NCBI GenBank assembly: GCA_965248445.1
Contig: CBDFJG010000002.1
Coordinates: 96,001-160,000, forward strand
Length of the DNA: 64,000 nucleotides
DNA from: Planctomycetota bacterium
GTDB taxonomy: Bacteria > Planctomycetota > JAJSAM01 > JAJVHW01
Reading direction: 5' to 3'
This document shows, in pieces, positions 7,496-17,837 of this stretch (position 1 is the stretch's first letter; each line of letters starts with the position of its first letter). The notes beneath the pieces are model-generated. The model made no database searches. It was not told the DNA's origin and saw nothing but the letters and a program-made list of their open reading frames with translations. The position numbers and the translations under genes are program-made.

Positions 7496-10483
7496 ATGCC
7501 GCGAGGCGTCGCCATCCCACACATGTTCCGGAGCATCCGTGACGCGGCGCTGCCGACGCTGCTCGCGCTTGCCGTCGCCGCGCCGGCCCTGGCCGACCAG
7601 TTGCCGGTGCTGACCGGCGACAAGAGCAAGATCTCCGCTCGAATCACGCCGATCGGCGACACCGACAGGTTCGGCCTGGAGCTGTTCGACGGCGACCGCG
7701 TGAAGATCAAGGTCAAGGAGACCGGGCCGCAGTTCGGACTGCTGACCACGCTCACCCTGTTCGATCCGGCCGGGAATCCCATCAGCGTGCCGATCACGAA
7801 CAACGGAGGCCGCGGGCCGTCGTTCGAGTTCACCGCGACGCAGGACGGCGTTCACAGCGTCCTGGTCGCCGGCGAACCGGGCTTCGACGGCTCCGAGGGC
7901 GACTATCAATTCATCTCCAAGATCAAGCGCGTGAAGCCGGCTCGAGCGACGTTCAACGACGGCGCAGGCGGCTCGATCTCGTACAGCGTCAACTGCGCCA
8001 ACGGATCGCTGCTGACACTGAAGGCGAAGACCAGGAAGGGCGGTCTCGATCTCGACGCGCTGAACAAGCCGAGCGGTAGGCCCGAAGGCGAGTTCGCCGC
8101 GTCGCTGAAGGCGAAGGCGAATCGCCGCTCGGCCACGCTCAAGAAGTTCCGCCTCACAGGTGGCCAGGGTTCCTACGAACTGGCCGGTGCATACGACCCC
8201 GGATCGAGCGTGAAGGTGTCTGCGAAGGTCGTTCCGAGCAACAAGAAGGTGAAGTCCACACTGCGCGACGCGGAACCGGAGTTCGACTTGAACTTCCACC
8301 GCTTCGCGAAGGCCGGGATCACCGGCAGCACCTTCGTGGCGTTCGGGTTCGACCTGGGCGAGCCCGACGGCGAGGGCGGCGAGGCGCCTCCGACGTTCTG
8401 GGTCGGCGACGAGCAGGTGGCCGCAGGCGACCTCGAGCGCTTGAGCGACAACGTCTACCGCTTCCCTATCCCCATCGGACTGGAGCCCGGTGCGTTCTAC
8501 GATGTCGTCGTGCGCAATCCCGACGGCCAGGGTGCGTTTGCGCCGAACGCGTTCGAGTTCGTCGCCCAGCCGGTCATCACCGGGATGGCTCCGACGGAGG
8601 CAGGGCCCGCCGGGGGCCAGCTGGTCCGGCTGACGGGCACGGACTTCCGCGGCGGCACGGTCGCGATGTTCGACACGCAGATCGTGCAGCCGCAGTTCGT
8701 TTTCACCGACAGCATCACCGTGCGCTCCCCGGCGCACGCGCCCGGTCAGGTTGTCTTGACGATCCGTGACGAGCACGGTCAGGTCGCCGCGGCGCCGGTC
8801 GATCTGACCGTCCTCGACATCGGCTCGAACGCGATCTCCTCGATCGCGCCGACAACGATCCAGGCTATCGGCGGTGAGACCATCACGGTCACCGGTGTCG
8901 ACTTCGTGGCCGACTCCGCTCTCACACTCGACGGCAAGGACCTCGACGAGACGCTGGTCTCCCCGACGGAGATGACATTCGTCGCTCCCGCGATGCAAGC
9001 CGGAACGTACGAACTGCAGGTCGAAGATCAGTACATGCAGACGAGCATCCTGGACGTCGAGATCACGGGGCTGGACGACGAGAGCGACTCCAGCGTCCCG
9101 GCTCCCGTGACGACCGCGGGGATGCTGGATGCGTGGCGCGCAACACGCATTCTGTGTGGCGACGTGGACGGCGACATGAACGACGACCTCGTGCTGTTGC
9201 GTCCCGCCGTCGCGTTCGGCGACAGCGAAGACCGGCCCCGCATCCGCATCCTCCTCGGCGACGGCGACGGCGGTCTCACCGACGGCACGTCCGGGATCCC
9301 GGCCGTGACCGCACTCGACGACTGGCGAGCGCGTGACGGGGTGCTGATCGACGTGGACGACGACGGCGACCTCGACATCGCGATCATCACGCCCGACGAA
9401 CTGGACGACGGTAACCGGTCGAGCCTCCGCATCCTCCTGAACGACGGCGACGGGAACTTCACGGACGACACGGACAACGCGACGCCGGGTGCATCGTCGT
9501 GGGGCGACACGAACCAGGGTGTTGCGATCTTCGCGGTCGATCTGGACGGTGACAACGTCGACGACCTCGTGATCACGCACACCGAGTCGTTCGAGGAGAC
9601 GATCATCACCCAGCCGCCTCCGATGGAACCGCCTCCGGATCCGCCGCAAGACCCGACGATCGAGACGTTCTACTACGCTGGGACGCGCGTGCTCCTGAAC
9701 GACGGTGACGGCGAGTTCTCCCGCGATCTGGACGCACTCCCCGACGTGGACGAGGACGATCCGCTCCGCTTCATCGGCAACACGCTCGTCGGAGTGGACG
9801 TCGACAACGACACTGACACCGACCTCTTCATCACGCGCGACGCACCGTTCGAGGACCCTGACACGCCCGGCACGTATCTGCGCGTCGGCTTCCTGCTACG
9901 CAACGACACCGCGACCGACGTGACGTTCGTCGATGCGTCGGCCACGCTGCTGCCGGCGGCGGGCGATCCGGAGTATCTCCAGGGCGATCGCGCGTACTTC
10001 CACGACACCGACGGCGACGGCGACGACGATCTCGTTGTCGCGGGCAACACCAAGATCGTGAGTCCGCTCACCATGTCGGTCGTCCTCACTCCGTCGCTGC
10101 GGATCTTCGAATGGGACGCCGGCGCGTTCGCCGCCGCCGCGGGGGGCGTGCTCCCGGCTGCGGACGGCGACGACCAGTTGCAGTGCGAAGATGTCGGCTT
10201 CGGCGACCTGGACGGCGACGGAGACGACGAGATGGTCATTGTCTCAGCCGGCGCGCCCAACGCAGGCGATCGCGGCGGCCGCATCCTCCGGCAGGAGGCG
10301 GACGACACGTTCATCCGGTCGTCGACCCCGTTCCTGTCGCCTCTGATCGCGGACGACGCACGGGGCGTCGTGATCAAGCTCGTAGATCTGGACGGCGACG
10401 GCGACCTGGACGTGCTGATCGCGCGAGACACCGCCGCCGAGTCCGAACGGAACCTGCTCGTGTTCATCAACCAGCGACTCTGA
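7496..10483 (+). CDS. Secreted IPT/TIG-domain and FG-GAP (VCBS-like) repeat protein
   Basis: Signal peptide ending PALA; IPT-like PVITGMAPTEAGPAGGQLVRLTGTDF; many DxDGDGDxD loops; start is 7496 (GGAG RBS) or 7523. Confidence 0.85.
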   Translation: MPRGVAIPHMFRSIRDAALPTLLALAVAAPALADQLPVLTGDKSKISARITPIGDTDRFGLELFDGDRVKIKVKETGPQFGLLTTLTLFDPAGNPISVPITNNGGRGPSFEFTATQDGVHSVLVAGEPGFDGSEGDYQFISKIKRVKPARATFNDGAGGSISYSVNCANGSLLTLKAKTRKGGLDLDALNKPSGRPEGEFAASLKAKANRRSATLKKFRLTGGQGSYELAGAYDPGSSVKVSAKVVPSNKKVKSTLRDAEPEFDLNFHRFAKAGITGSTFVAFGFDLGEPDGEGGEAPPTFWVGDEQVAAGDLERLSDNVYRFPIPIGLEPGAFYDVVVRNPDGQGAFAPNAFEFVAQPVITGMAPTEAGPAGGQLVRLTGTDFRGGTVAMFDTQIVQPQFVFTDSITVRSPAHAPGQVVLTIRDEHGQVAAAPVDLTVLDIGSNAISSIAPTTIQAIGGETITVTGVDFVADSALTLDGKDLDETLVSPTEMTFVAPAMQAGTYELQVEDQYMQTSILDVEITGLDDESDSSVPAPVTTAGMLDAWRATRILCGDVDGDMNDDLVLLRPAVAFGDSEDRPRIRILLGDGDGGLTDGTSGIPAVTALDDWRARDGVLIDVDDDGDLDIAIITPDELDDGNRSSLRILLNDGDGNFTDDTDNATPGASSWGDTNQGVAIFAVDLDGDNVDDLVITHTESFEETIITQPPPMEPPPDPPQDPTIETFYYAGTRVLLNDGDGEFSRDLDALPDVDEDDPLRFIGNTLVGVDVDNDTDTDLFITRDAPFEDPDTPGTYLRVGFLLRNDTATDVTFVDASATLLPAAGDPEYLQGDRAYFHDTDGDGDDDLVVAGNTKIVSPLTMSVVLTPSLRIFEWDAGAFAAAAGGVLPAADGDDQLQCEDVGFGDLDGDGDDEMVIVSAGAPNAGDRGGRILRQEADDTFIRSSTPFLSPLIADDARGVVIKLVDLDGDGDLDVLIARDTAAESERNLLVFINQRL

Positions 10484-10505
10484 CGGACAGAGCGGGAGGA
10501 TCCGG

Positions 10506-13460
10506 ATGGAGGGGACGTCGCGGACGATCAGCCGCGCCCACACGGCGCGTGTGACGCGCATCGCCCGCCCACTCCTCCTCCTCAGTCTGCTCGTGCTGGC
10601 ACTCCCTGCGGCGGCAGACGGCCTCGGCACCCCGCTGGGTAAGCGGCGAGTCCGATCGGTGATCCACGCTGCCGACGACGTCGACCTCTACATGGTCGAG
10701 GCGCGCGCCGGCAGCACGGTGCGCGTGTTGCTGAAGGTGCCGGGCAAGTCGGCACTCGTTGCCGTCGCGGACTTCGTGGACGCGGACGGTGCTCCGACCG
10801 GCGAGTTCGTCCCGAAGGGCAACCGTCTCCTCGGGACGCTCGACGTCGAGGAGGATGCACGCGTCGTCGTCCGAATCGCCTCAGCCGACGGCGGCACGGG
10901 CGAGTACAGCATCTCGGCGCGCGCGAAGGGGGCCGGGCGGACGTCCCGGCGTGACATCGAGATCGAAGCAGGCGAGGAGTACGAGGTGACGTTCGCAGCG
11001 GGCGGCGGTGCCCGCGTCGATTTCTCGATTCGCGGACGCAAGGGCGCGCCGAACCTAGCGCGCCTACTGGGACCGCGAGGAGAGCTGATCGCGCTGCCCG
11101 AGGGCGCGGTGCGCCGCCGCGCCACGAAGCTCACAGGCAAGAAGATCCTCTTACCCGCGGAAGCGCCGTTCGGGACCTGGACACTGGTCGCCGTCGCGTC
11201 GTCCGGCGCGCTGAGCGGGCTGCGCGCGACGGTGAAGGTGAAGGGCGGCGGACTCGCTCCCTGGCGCGGGAAGCTGCTCGCCCCGGAGCCCGCGCTGACG
11301 CACGTCTCACCGACAGAGGCCGGCCCCGGAACGCTGGTCACTGTGCACGGCACGGGGCTGGCGCTCCCGGTACGGCTGTTCGCAGACGGCGTCGAGATGC
11401 TCGACGTCGACCAGGACCGGCTGCAGGGCACGTTCCCGACGGGACTGGAGGGTCCGGTCGAGATTGCGGCGCTAGCGTCCAACGGCCACGTTGCGATTCT
11501 CCGGGACGCCGTGCTCGCGGTGCAGCCTCCCCAGATCTCCGGAATCGACCCCGCGCGCGGACCGGCCGACGGCGGGACGCTGATCGACGTCGTCGGCGCG
11601 AGGTTCCGGCCGGGCGCCGTGGTGACGCTCGCGGGCGTCGGCTTCCCGGGCGAGACGGAGTTCGTGAGCGACGCGCTCCTGCGCTTCACGACGCCCGCGT
11701 TCGCGGCCGGTTCGCAGACGTTCGGAGTACGCGACCCCACAAGCCTCGAGACCACGGTAGGCGGCGGGTTCGAGTTCGTGTCCGCACCAGCCATCCTCGA
11801 CGTCCGTCCGCGACTCGTGCCGCAACTCGCGGGCGAGACGCTGCGCATCGACGGCGGGGCGCTGGCGCCGGATCGCGCCGTCCTGACCGGTGACCTCCCA
11901 CCGCTCACGATAGCCAGCGCCACACCGACGCGGATCGACCTCACGCTCGACACTCTCCCGCTCGGTCCCCACGACGTGGTCGTAACCGATGATCTGGGGC
12001 AGAGCGCCACCGCGGAGAGTGCGTTCGCCGTTTTCACGTTCGAGTCGTTGGCGCCGATCGCCTCGACGGGTGGCCCGCCGCCGGACGCGATGACCGCGGC
12101 CGACTACGACGGCGACGACGACCTCGATCTGTTCGTTGTGTCGCGGGGAGGCGGGACGCTCGGTGCGGCGAGTGCACTCCGCGTCTTCCGCAACAACGGC
12201 GACGGCACATACACCGACGTGAGTGACGACGTGCTCCCGGCAATCACGATCGACGACTGGCGCGCCGGAACTATCGCCGTGGGCGACGTCGCCGCGGACG
12301 TCGGAGAGGTCCCCTCGGACGGCTGGGCGGACATCGTGCTCGGGTCCATGGACGACACGGTCCTCCCGGCGGACCGCAGCCGGGTACGCGTGCTCGCGAA
12401 CCGTGCCGGAGCCGGTGGTGAGCGCGTGTTCGTGGACCGCACGAGCATCCTCTTCGCCTCGCCGTCGGCATACGACGACTGGTGCGCCGAAGATCTCTGG
12501 ATCGGTGATCTCGACGGCGACGGAGGGGTACCGGACATCGTCGCAACGCACGATGCGACCCCGACCGGCGTGTCACCGCTGACGCCCTTCTATACGTACT
12601 ATCTGTCGGGTACGCGCGTGTTCTCGTTTGCCGCCAACGAGTCGGGCTACGGGCAGTTCGCCCATCAGTCCGAACGGTTCCCGCACGTCATCGGCACACA
12701 GGCTCCGACGCAGGGGTTCCAGCAGTGCATCAGCGGCGCGTGTGCGGATGACTACACGCCGTTCCGCGGCACCTCGCTCGCCGTCGTCGATCTGAACGGC
12801 GACGGACGCCGGGACGTGGCGGTCACGTCGCCCAGCGGTCTCGTCAGAAACGGCGTCGCGATCGCTTCCACCCAGGTGGCGCAGAACATCGATGACATTC
12901 TGGGCGTGCGCATGGAGGACCGCTCCACGGGGGTGAGCGCATCGATCGACACCCTGCGCGGCGACATCGTCCTGCCGGGTGACGTGACCGGCAGCACGGA
13001 CCCGGACCTCGTGGTCGTCTCGCACACGGCCTCCGGGAGCGGCATCGCCGTGCAGATCGCCGAGTTCCGCGGCTTCACGAACACCTGGGCGGTTCGCGGT
13101 GCGGCGCTGTTGCCCGGCGCCGACGGCGGCGAGCGGCTACAGGCGGACGATGCGGATCTGCTCGATGTCGACGGCGACGGCGACCTCGATCTCGTCCTAC
13201 TGACGTCCACGGTTCCGACCGGTGGGTCCACGACTACGGGCCGGGGCCTGCGCATCCTGCGGAACCTGGGCGCGAGCGGTTTCGGCCGCGAACTCGAGAT
13301 GCTGCTGCCGTCCGTCGCCGCCGCCGGCGATCTGGCCGGGCGGGCGCTCGTCGTCGCCGATCTCGACGACGACGACGGCCTGGTCATCGTCGTCGGATCG
13401 GACGACGGCACCGGATCGGGCGGTGCGCTGGACGCTGTTCGCCGTACGCTGAGCGACTGA
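10506..13460 (+). CDS. Secreted IPT/TIG-domain and FG-GAP repeat protein, paralog of the upstream gene
   Basis: Signal peptide ending PAAA; IPT-like PQISGIDPARGPADGGTLIDVVGARF; DYDGDDDLD and DVDGDGDLD repeats; exact start uncertain. Confidence 0.85.
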   Translation: MEGTSRTISRAHTARVTRIARPLLLLSLLVLALPAAADGLGTPLGKRRVRSVIHAADDVDLYMVEARAGSTVRVLLKVPGKSALVAVADFVDADGAPTGEFVPKGNRLLGTLDVEEDARVVVRIASADGGTGEYSISARAKGAGRTSRRDIEIEAGEEYEVTFAAGGGARVDFSIRGRKGAPNLARLLGPRGELIALPEGAVRRRATKLTGKKILLPAEAPFGTWTLVAVASSGALSGLRATVKVKGGGLAPWRGKLLAPEPALTHVSPTEAGPGTLVTVHGTGLALPVRLFADGVEMLDVDQDRLQGTFPTGLEGPVEIAALASNGHVAILRDAVLAVQPPQISGIDPARGPADGGTLIDVVGARFRPGAVVTLAGVGFPGETEFVSDALLRFTTPAFAAGSQTFGVRDPTSLETTVGGGFEFVSAPAILDVRPRLVPQLAGETLRIDGGALAPDRAVLTGDLPPLTIASATPTRIDLTLDTLPLGPHDVVVTDDLGQSATAESAFAVFTFESLAPIASTGGPPPDAMTAADYDGDDDLDLFVVSRGGGTLGAASALRVFRNNGDGTYTDVSDDVLPAITIDDWRAGTIAVGDVAADVGEVPSDGWADIVLGSMDDTVLPADRSRVRVLANRAGAGGERVFVDRTSILFASPSAYDDWCAEDLWIGDLDGDGGVPDIVATHDATPTGVSPLTPFYTYYLSGTRVFSFAANESGYGQFAHQSERFPHVIGTQAPTQGFQQCISGACADDYTPFRGTSLAVVDLNGDGRRDVAVTSPSGLVRNGVAIASTQVAQNIDDILGVRMEDRSTGVSASIDTLRGDIVLPGDVTGSTDPDLVVVSHTASGSGIAVQIAEFRGFTNTWAVRGAALLPGADGGERLQADDADLLDVDGDGDLDLVLLTSTVPTGGSTTTGRGLRILRNLGASGFGRELEMLLPSVAAAGDLAGRALVVADLDDDDGLVIVVGSDDGTGSGGALDAVRRTLSD

Positions 13461-13471
13461 CTCGGCTCCCC

Positions 13472-15856
13472 ATGACGAGACGCCCACGCAGTCGACCGCC
13501 CCTTGCCGTGATCGCGCTCTCCGTGCTGATCGCAGCGTGCAGCCACGACCCGCTCTCGGAACTGCGCGAGGATGCACCGGCCGTGGCGGAGGCGATCGAA
13601 CGGTCGCGCGAGACGAACCCCGACGCGTGGAAGCGCAAGGTCATCCTGCTCGCGTTCGACGCGTGCGATCCCGATCTGGTGGACCACTACATCCGGGCCG
13701 GGAAGCTGCCCAACTTCGCCCGGCTGCGCCGCGAGGGTACGCATGGCGTACTGGGATCGCTCGAGCCGGTGCTGTCCCCCGTGGTGTGGACGACCGTCTC
13801 GACCGGCATGGCACCTGAGCGGCACGGCATCCTCGACTTCGTGACGCAGACCCCTCGCGGCGTCGTGCCGGTGTCTTCCCGGCTGCGCCAGGCCGACACG
13901 ATGTGGGAGCTGATGGGCAGCGCCGGCGAGAACGTCGGCGTCGTGGCATGGCTCGTGTCGTGGCCGGCCGACCCGGTGAACGGTTACCTGGTGTCGGACC
14001 GTGAGGGGCTGTTGGCGTTCGAGGGGGACCGCTTCGAGCAGGGCTCGTCTCGCGAGCTGTCCTCGCACCCGCCCGAGCTGATCGACGGACTCGCACAAGA
14101 CCGCGTGACGATCGACGACCTGCCGCTCGACCGGATGCGTGCGTTCGTGGACGTAACCGAGACGGAGTGGGCGGACGCGTACACCACCACGTTCAAGGAC
14201 CCGCGCAACCTGCTCGGCGCGCTGCGGCTGATCATGTCGGACGCCGAGACGTTTCGTCGCGCCGGGACCCGGCTGCGTCGCGAGGAGGAGACGCGGTTCT
14301 TCGCCGCCTACTCGAACGCGATGGACTCGCTGTCGCACTACTTCATGCGGTACGCACCGCCGAAGATGCCGGAGATCTCCACCGAGGACTATCTGAAGTA
14401 CAAGGACGTGCTCGAGGCCAACTACCGCTGGCACGACCGGCTGCTCGGCGAGTACCTCGCGCTGGGCGACGAGTACACGACCGTCGTGGTCGTGTCGGAT
14501 CACGGCTTCAAGCACGGCGAGTACCGCCTGCCGCAGCCATCACACTTCCTGGCGAAGACGGGCGCGCAGTGGCACCGGTTCTACGGTGTCTTCTACGCGT
14601 GGGGTTACGGCGTGAAGCCGCAGCACCGCGTCACGGGCGCAACCGTGTTCGACATCGCGCCGACCGTGCTCGCATCGATGGGCTACCCGGTGCCCGACGA
14701 CATGCCGGGCAAGGTGCTCGAGGATGTCTTCGAAGGTGGTCTCCCCCACGAGACCGTCCCGACCTGGTTCGGCGAGCGGCGGCGGAAGGCGCTGGCAGCC
14801 GACTCGGCTCGTGACACGAACGAGGAAGGCCTCGGCGTCACTGCGATCGAGCGCGAGGAGATGGCCCGGCTGGCGGCGCTCGGCTACATCCAGGGCGATC
14901 ACAGCGACCCCGCGTCGACGACACTCAACCTCGCCAACCGCCTGCTGAGTCTCGGCCGCGTTCCGCGCGCAATCGAAGAGCTCGAGAAGCTCCTCACGAC
15001 GAGCGAGGGAGCGGGCCGTCCGCGCGTGCTGATGTCACTCGCCAGCGCACATCTCATGCTCGCCGGCGGGCTCAAGGAGCGAGCGCAGGACGACGACCTC
15101 GAGAAGTCCGCGGAGCACCACGAGAAGGCGAAGATCCTGATCGCGGAACTCGAGCAGATCGTGCAGGACCCCCTCGACGTGCTCCCCTTGCACGGCAAGC
15201 TCGCGCAGTACGAGGGGCGCCTCGAGGACGCGGAGCGCCTGGCGCGTGAACTCGTGACGCACCGCGGGTGGGCCTACAACGTCCACAACGTGCTCGCACT
15301 CGTGCTGCGCGCCCGCATGAACGCTGCGAAGGAGGCTGGCGATCTCGAGGCGGCCCTGCGATACCGCATCCAGGCGATCGAAGCGACACGCGCGGCGCTG
15401 CGACTCGAGCCGCGGCAGTGGTACGCGCTGAACCAGATCGCGGAGCTGCTGCTCGGATTGCCGGGAGACAACGAGACGCTGAAGGAGAACGCGGACGAGG
15501 CGCTCGAGCACCTGTCCGTCGCGATCGAGTTGCTCCCCGGCAGCCCGAAGGCGTGGAACAACCGCTCGATCGCCGAGATGCGCATCGGGATATGGTTGCG
15601 TCGCAAGCGGGACGACGAGGCTGCCGAGGCGAGCCTCGAGAGCGCGTTCGCGTCGAGCGAGCGGGCGCTCGAGGAACGGCCCGACTACGCACTCGGCTGG
15701 GCCAACCAGGCGTACATCCTGTGGCAGCTGGGACGGCTGCCCGAAGCGCGCGACGCCGCCCTCGAAGCGCGGCGAATCAAGCCGGATTACAGTTTCAACG
15801 TCCGCTTCGAAACGGCGCTGGGCGTGGCCGGCACGCCGCTGCCTCCGGCCGAGTGA
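13472..15856 (+). CDS. Alkaline phosphatase superfamily (nucleotide pyrophosphatase/phosphodiesterase-like) lipoprotein with C-terminal TPR repeats
   Basis: LLAFDA, LSPVVWTTVSTG..PERHGI, DSLSH, VSDHGF, DIAPTVL, RLAALGYI motifs; TPR-like helices; lipobox IAAC. Confidence 0.88.
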   Translation: MTRRPRSRPPLAVIALSVLIAACSHDPLSELREDAPAVAEAIERSRETNPDAWKRKVILLAFDACDPDLVDHYIRAGKLPNFARLRREGTHGVLGSLEPVLSPVVWTTVSTGMAPERHGILDFVTQTPRGVVPVSSRLRQADTMWELMGSAGENVGVVAWLVSWPADPVNGYLVSDREGLLAFEGDRFEQGSSRELSSHPPELIDGLAQDRVTIDDLPLDRMRAFVDVTETEWADAYTTTFKDPRNLLGALRLIMSDAETFRRAGTRLRREEETRFFAAYSNAMDSLSHYFMRYAPPKMPEISTEDYLKYKDVLEANYRWHDRLLGEYLALGDEYTTVVVVSDHGFKHGEYRLPQPSHFLAKTGAQWHRFYGVFYAWGYGVKPQHRVTGATVFDIAPTVLASMGYPVPDDMPGKVLEDVFEGGLPHETVPTWFGERRRKALAADSARDTNEEGLGVTAIEREEMARLAALGYIQGDHSDPASTTLNLANRLLSLGRVPRAIEELEKLLTTSEGAGRPRVLMSLASAHLMLAGGLKERAQDDDLEKSAEHHEKAKILIAELEQIVQDPLDVLPLHGKLAQYEGRLEDAERLARELVTHRGWAYNVHNVLALVLRARMNAAKEAGDLEAALRYRIQAIEATRAALRLEPRQWYALNQIAELLLGLPGDNETLKENADEALEHLSVAIELLPGSPKAWNNRSIAEMRIGIWLRRKRDDEAAEASLESAFASSERALEERPDYALGWANQAYILWQLGRLPEARDAALEARRIKPDYSFNVRFETALGVAGTPLPPAE

Positions 15857-15859
15857 CCG

Positions 15860-17551
15860 TCACGCCTCGGCGGCCGGCGGCGACTTGCCGCGGACCAGCG
15901 TCAGCACGCCCTCCACGATGATCGCGAGCGCGAGCGCGAGCAGGACGACTGCGGGAATGAGTACGGCCTTCACGCTGACGTCCTTGAGCAGCTCACCGCG
16001 AATCAGGTGCACGAGCCCCGACACGGTGATCACCGCCAGGAAGATGGCGGGCAGCCCGGTGAACCAGAGCGGCTTGCCGCGCTTCTTCAGCCAGACCGTC
16101 ACGACGAGCAGAGTCAGCGCTCCGAGCATCTGGTTGGACGCGCCGAACACCGGCCAGATGTGCTTCCAGAGTTCGCGCCCGTCACCGGCCTGCACGACCA
16201 GGAACAGCGGGGTGAAAGCCGCGATCGCGCTCGCGATGTAGCGGTTCGACAGCGCCGGGGCCTTCCACGCACGGCCGAGTTCCCCAAGGCAGTACCTCTG
16301 GATGCGGCACGCGCTGTCGAGCGTCGTCGCGGCGAACGAGATGACGATCACCGCGACGATCGCGTTTGCGATGTCGTCGGACATGTCGCCGAACCCGCCT
16401 TGCAGGAGGTTCGACGTGCCGCTCACGAATGCGGCGAGCGGGTTGACCCGCGCATCCCCGCCGTAGTGCATGTGCCAGTCAGCCGAGCTGAAGCCCGCAG
16501 CGACCGCCATCGTCGCCGCGACAGCCAGACATCCCTCGCCGAGCATGCTGCCGTAGCCGATGGAGCGCGCGTGGCGCAACGACGAGATCTGCTTGGACGT
16601 CGTGCCACTCGCCACGAGCGAGTGGAAACCGCTGATGGCGCCGCAGGCGATCGTCACGAACAAGAACGGGAACATCGGTCCGACGAACTTCGGGTCGTCG
16701 TTGATGGCGGGTGCGGTGATCTCGGGATTGCCGATGAGGATCGCGGCGTAGATCGCGCCGAGCCCCACGAACAACTGGTGGCTGTTGATGAAGTCGCGAG
16801 GCTGCAACAGCACCCACACGGGGAGCAGGCACGTGACGAACGAGTAGGCCAGGAGCAGGAACGTCCAGATTTGGACGCTGCTGAACCCGGCCATCGCCGG
16901 GATCTCCAGTTGCAGCGACGGGTCGGTCGCTGTGAAGAAGACCGATCCCCACATCACGCCGAGCGCCGCGATGCTCGGGTAGATGATCCCGCCCTTCCGC
17001 TTGTAGACCCACCACCCGACCGCGATCGCGATGGGTATCTCGAGGTTCACAGGGATGACGCTCGCGGGGAACTTCACGAACAGCCCGGCGATGATGGACG
17101 CGAACGCTGCGAGCACGAGCCACGTCAGCACGACGATGAGACACAGGAACAGCGCCCGCGGCCGCTCCCCGATCAGTTCGCCGGCGATGTCCCCGACGCT
17201 CTTGCCGGAGTGCCGCACGGACATGACCAGCGCGCTGAAGTCGTGCATCGCGCCGATGAACACGACACCGAACACGATCCAGAGCATCGCCGGCACCCAG
17301 CCGTAGCTGCACGCCACGGCCGGCCCCACGATCGGCGCCGCCCCGGCGATGCTGGTGAAGTGGTGGCCCAGGACGACGTGCTTGCCGGTCGGCACGTAGT
17401 CGACGCCGTCCTCCATCGTCGTCGCCGGCGTCGGCGTGTCGTCCTCGGCGCACTCGAGGATGTGGACGGCGAAGAACCGGGAGTAGAAGCGATGCGCGAG
17501 GCCGAAGACGACGAGCGCCACACAAACCCAGAACGCCGCGTGCGTGAGCAT
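15860..17551 (-). CDS. cstA: Carbon starvation protein A (peptide/pyruvate transporter family)
   Basis: DGVDYVPT, GHHFTSIAGAAPIVGP, LLQPRDFIN, TIACGAISGFHSLVASGTT, WPVFGASNQML; many TM helices. Confidence 0.95.
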   Translation of the reverse strand: MLTHAAFWVCVALVVFGLAHRFYSRFFAVHILECAEDDTPTPATTMEDGVDYVPTGKHVVLGHHFTSIAGAAPIVGPAVACSYGWVPAMLWIVFGVVFIGAMHDFSALVMSVRHSGKSVGDIAGELIGERPRALFLCLIVVLTWLVLAAFASIIAGLFVKFPASVIPVNLEIPIAIAVGWWVYKRKGGIIYPSIAALGVMWGSVFFTATDPSLQLEIPAMAGFSSVQIWTFLLLAYSFVTCLLPVWVLLQPRDFINSHQLFVGLGAIYAAILIGNPEITAPAINDDPKFVGPMFPFLFVTIACGAISGFHSLVASGTTSKQISSLRHARSIGYGSMLGEGCLAVAATMAVAAGFSSADWHMHYGGDARVNPLAAFVSGTSNLLQGGFGDMSDDIANAIVAVIVISFAATTLDSACRIQRYCLGELGRAWKAPALSNRYIASAIAAFTPLFLVVQAGDGRELWKHIWPVFGASNQMLGALTLLVVTVWLKKRGKPLWFTGLPAIFLAVITVSGLVHLIRGELLKDVSVKAVLIPAVVLLALALAIIVEGVLTLVRGKSPPAAEA

Positions 17552-17606
17552 GGATTAGGAGTATCGTTCGGCCAGACGGCTGCATCAAGCAGACGAGGGA
17601 CGAGGT

Positions 17607-17831
17607 ATGCGCAAGGCGAAGTTGATAGCGGCAGTCGTGATGCTCCTGCTCGCGGCGATCGTGGTGCTCCAGAACACGGACACGGTGCAGACGGACATCC
17701 TCTGGATCCACGTCGAGATGCCGCGTGTGGTCCTGCTCGCTGTCACGCTCATATTCGGCGTGATCGGCGGGTACCTGCTCGCAGCGTGGCGGCATCGCCG
17801 CTCGACCGCGAAGTCGGCGCGTGCGGAGTAG
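17607..17831 (+). CDS. LapA/DUF1049-family small membrane protein
   Basis: Two hydrophobic segments with the QNT..V...LW...EMP pattern; GAGG RBS. Confidence 0.75.
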   Translation: MRKAKLIAAVVMLLLAAIVVLQNTDTVQTDILWIHVEMPRVVLLAVTLIFGVIGGYLLAAWRHRRSTAKSARAE

Positions 17832-17837
17832 AGAGCG

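Noticed and set aside
7358..9649. Long antisense and alternative-frame ORFs (e.g. 763 aa here; also 16007-17971, 43026-45362, 50509-52791)
   Set aside because: Shadow ORFs expected in high-GC DNA; they overlap well-supported genes and have Arg/Ala-rich sequence with no motifs
9160..13380. Recurrent GACGGCGACGGCGAC-type repeats as a CRISPR or DNA repeat array
   Set aside because: They are in-frame codons for FG-GAP Asp-Gly loops with irregular spacing
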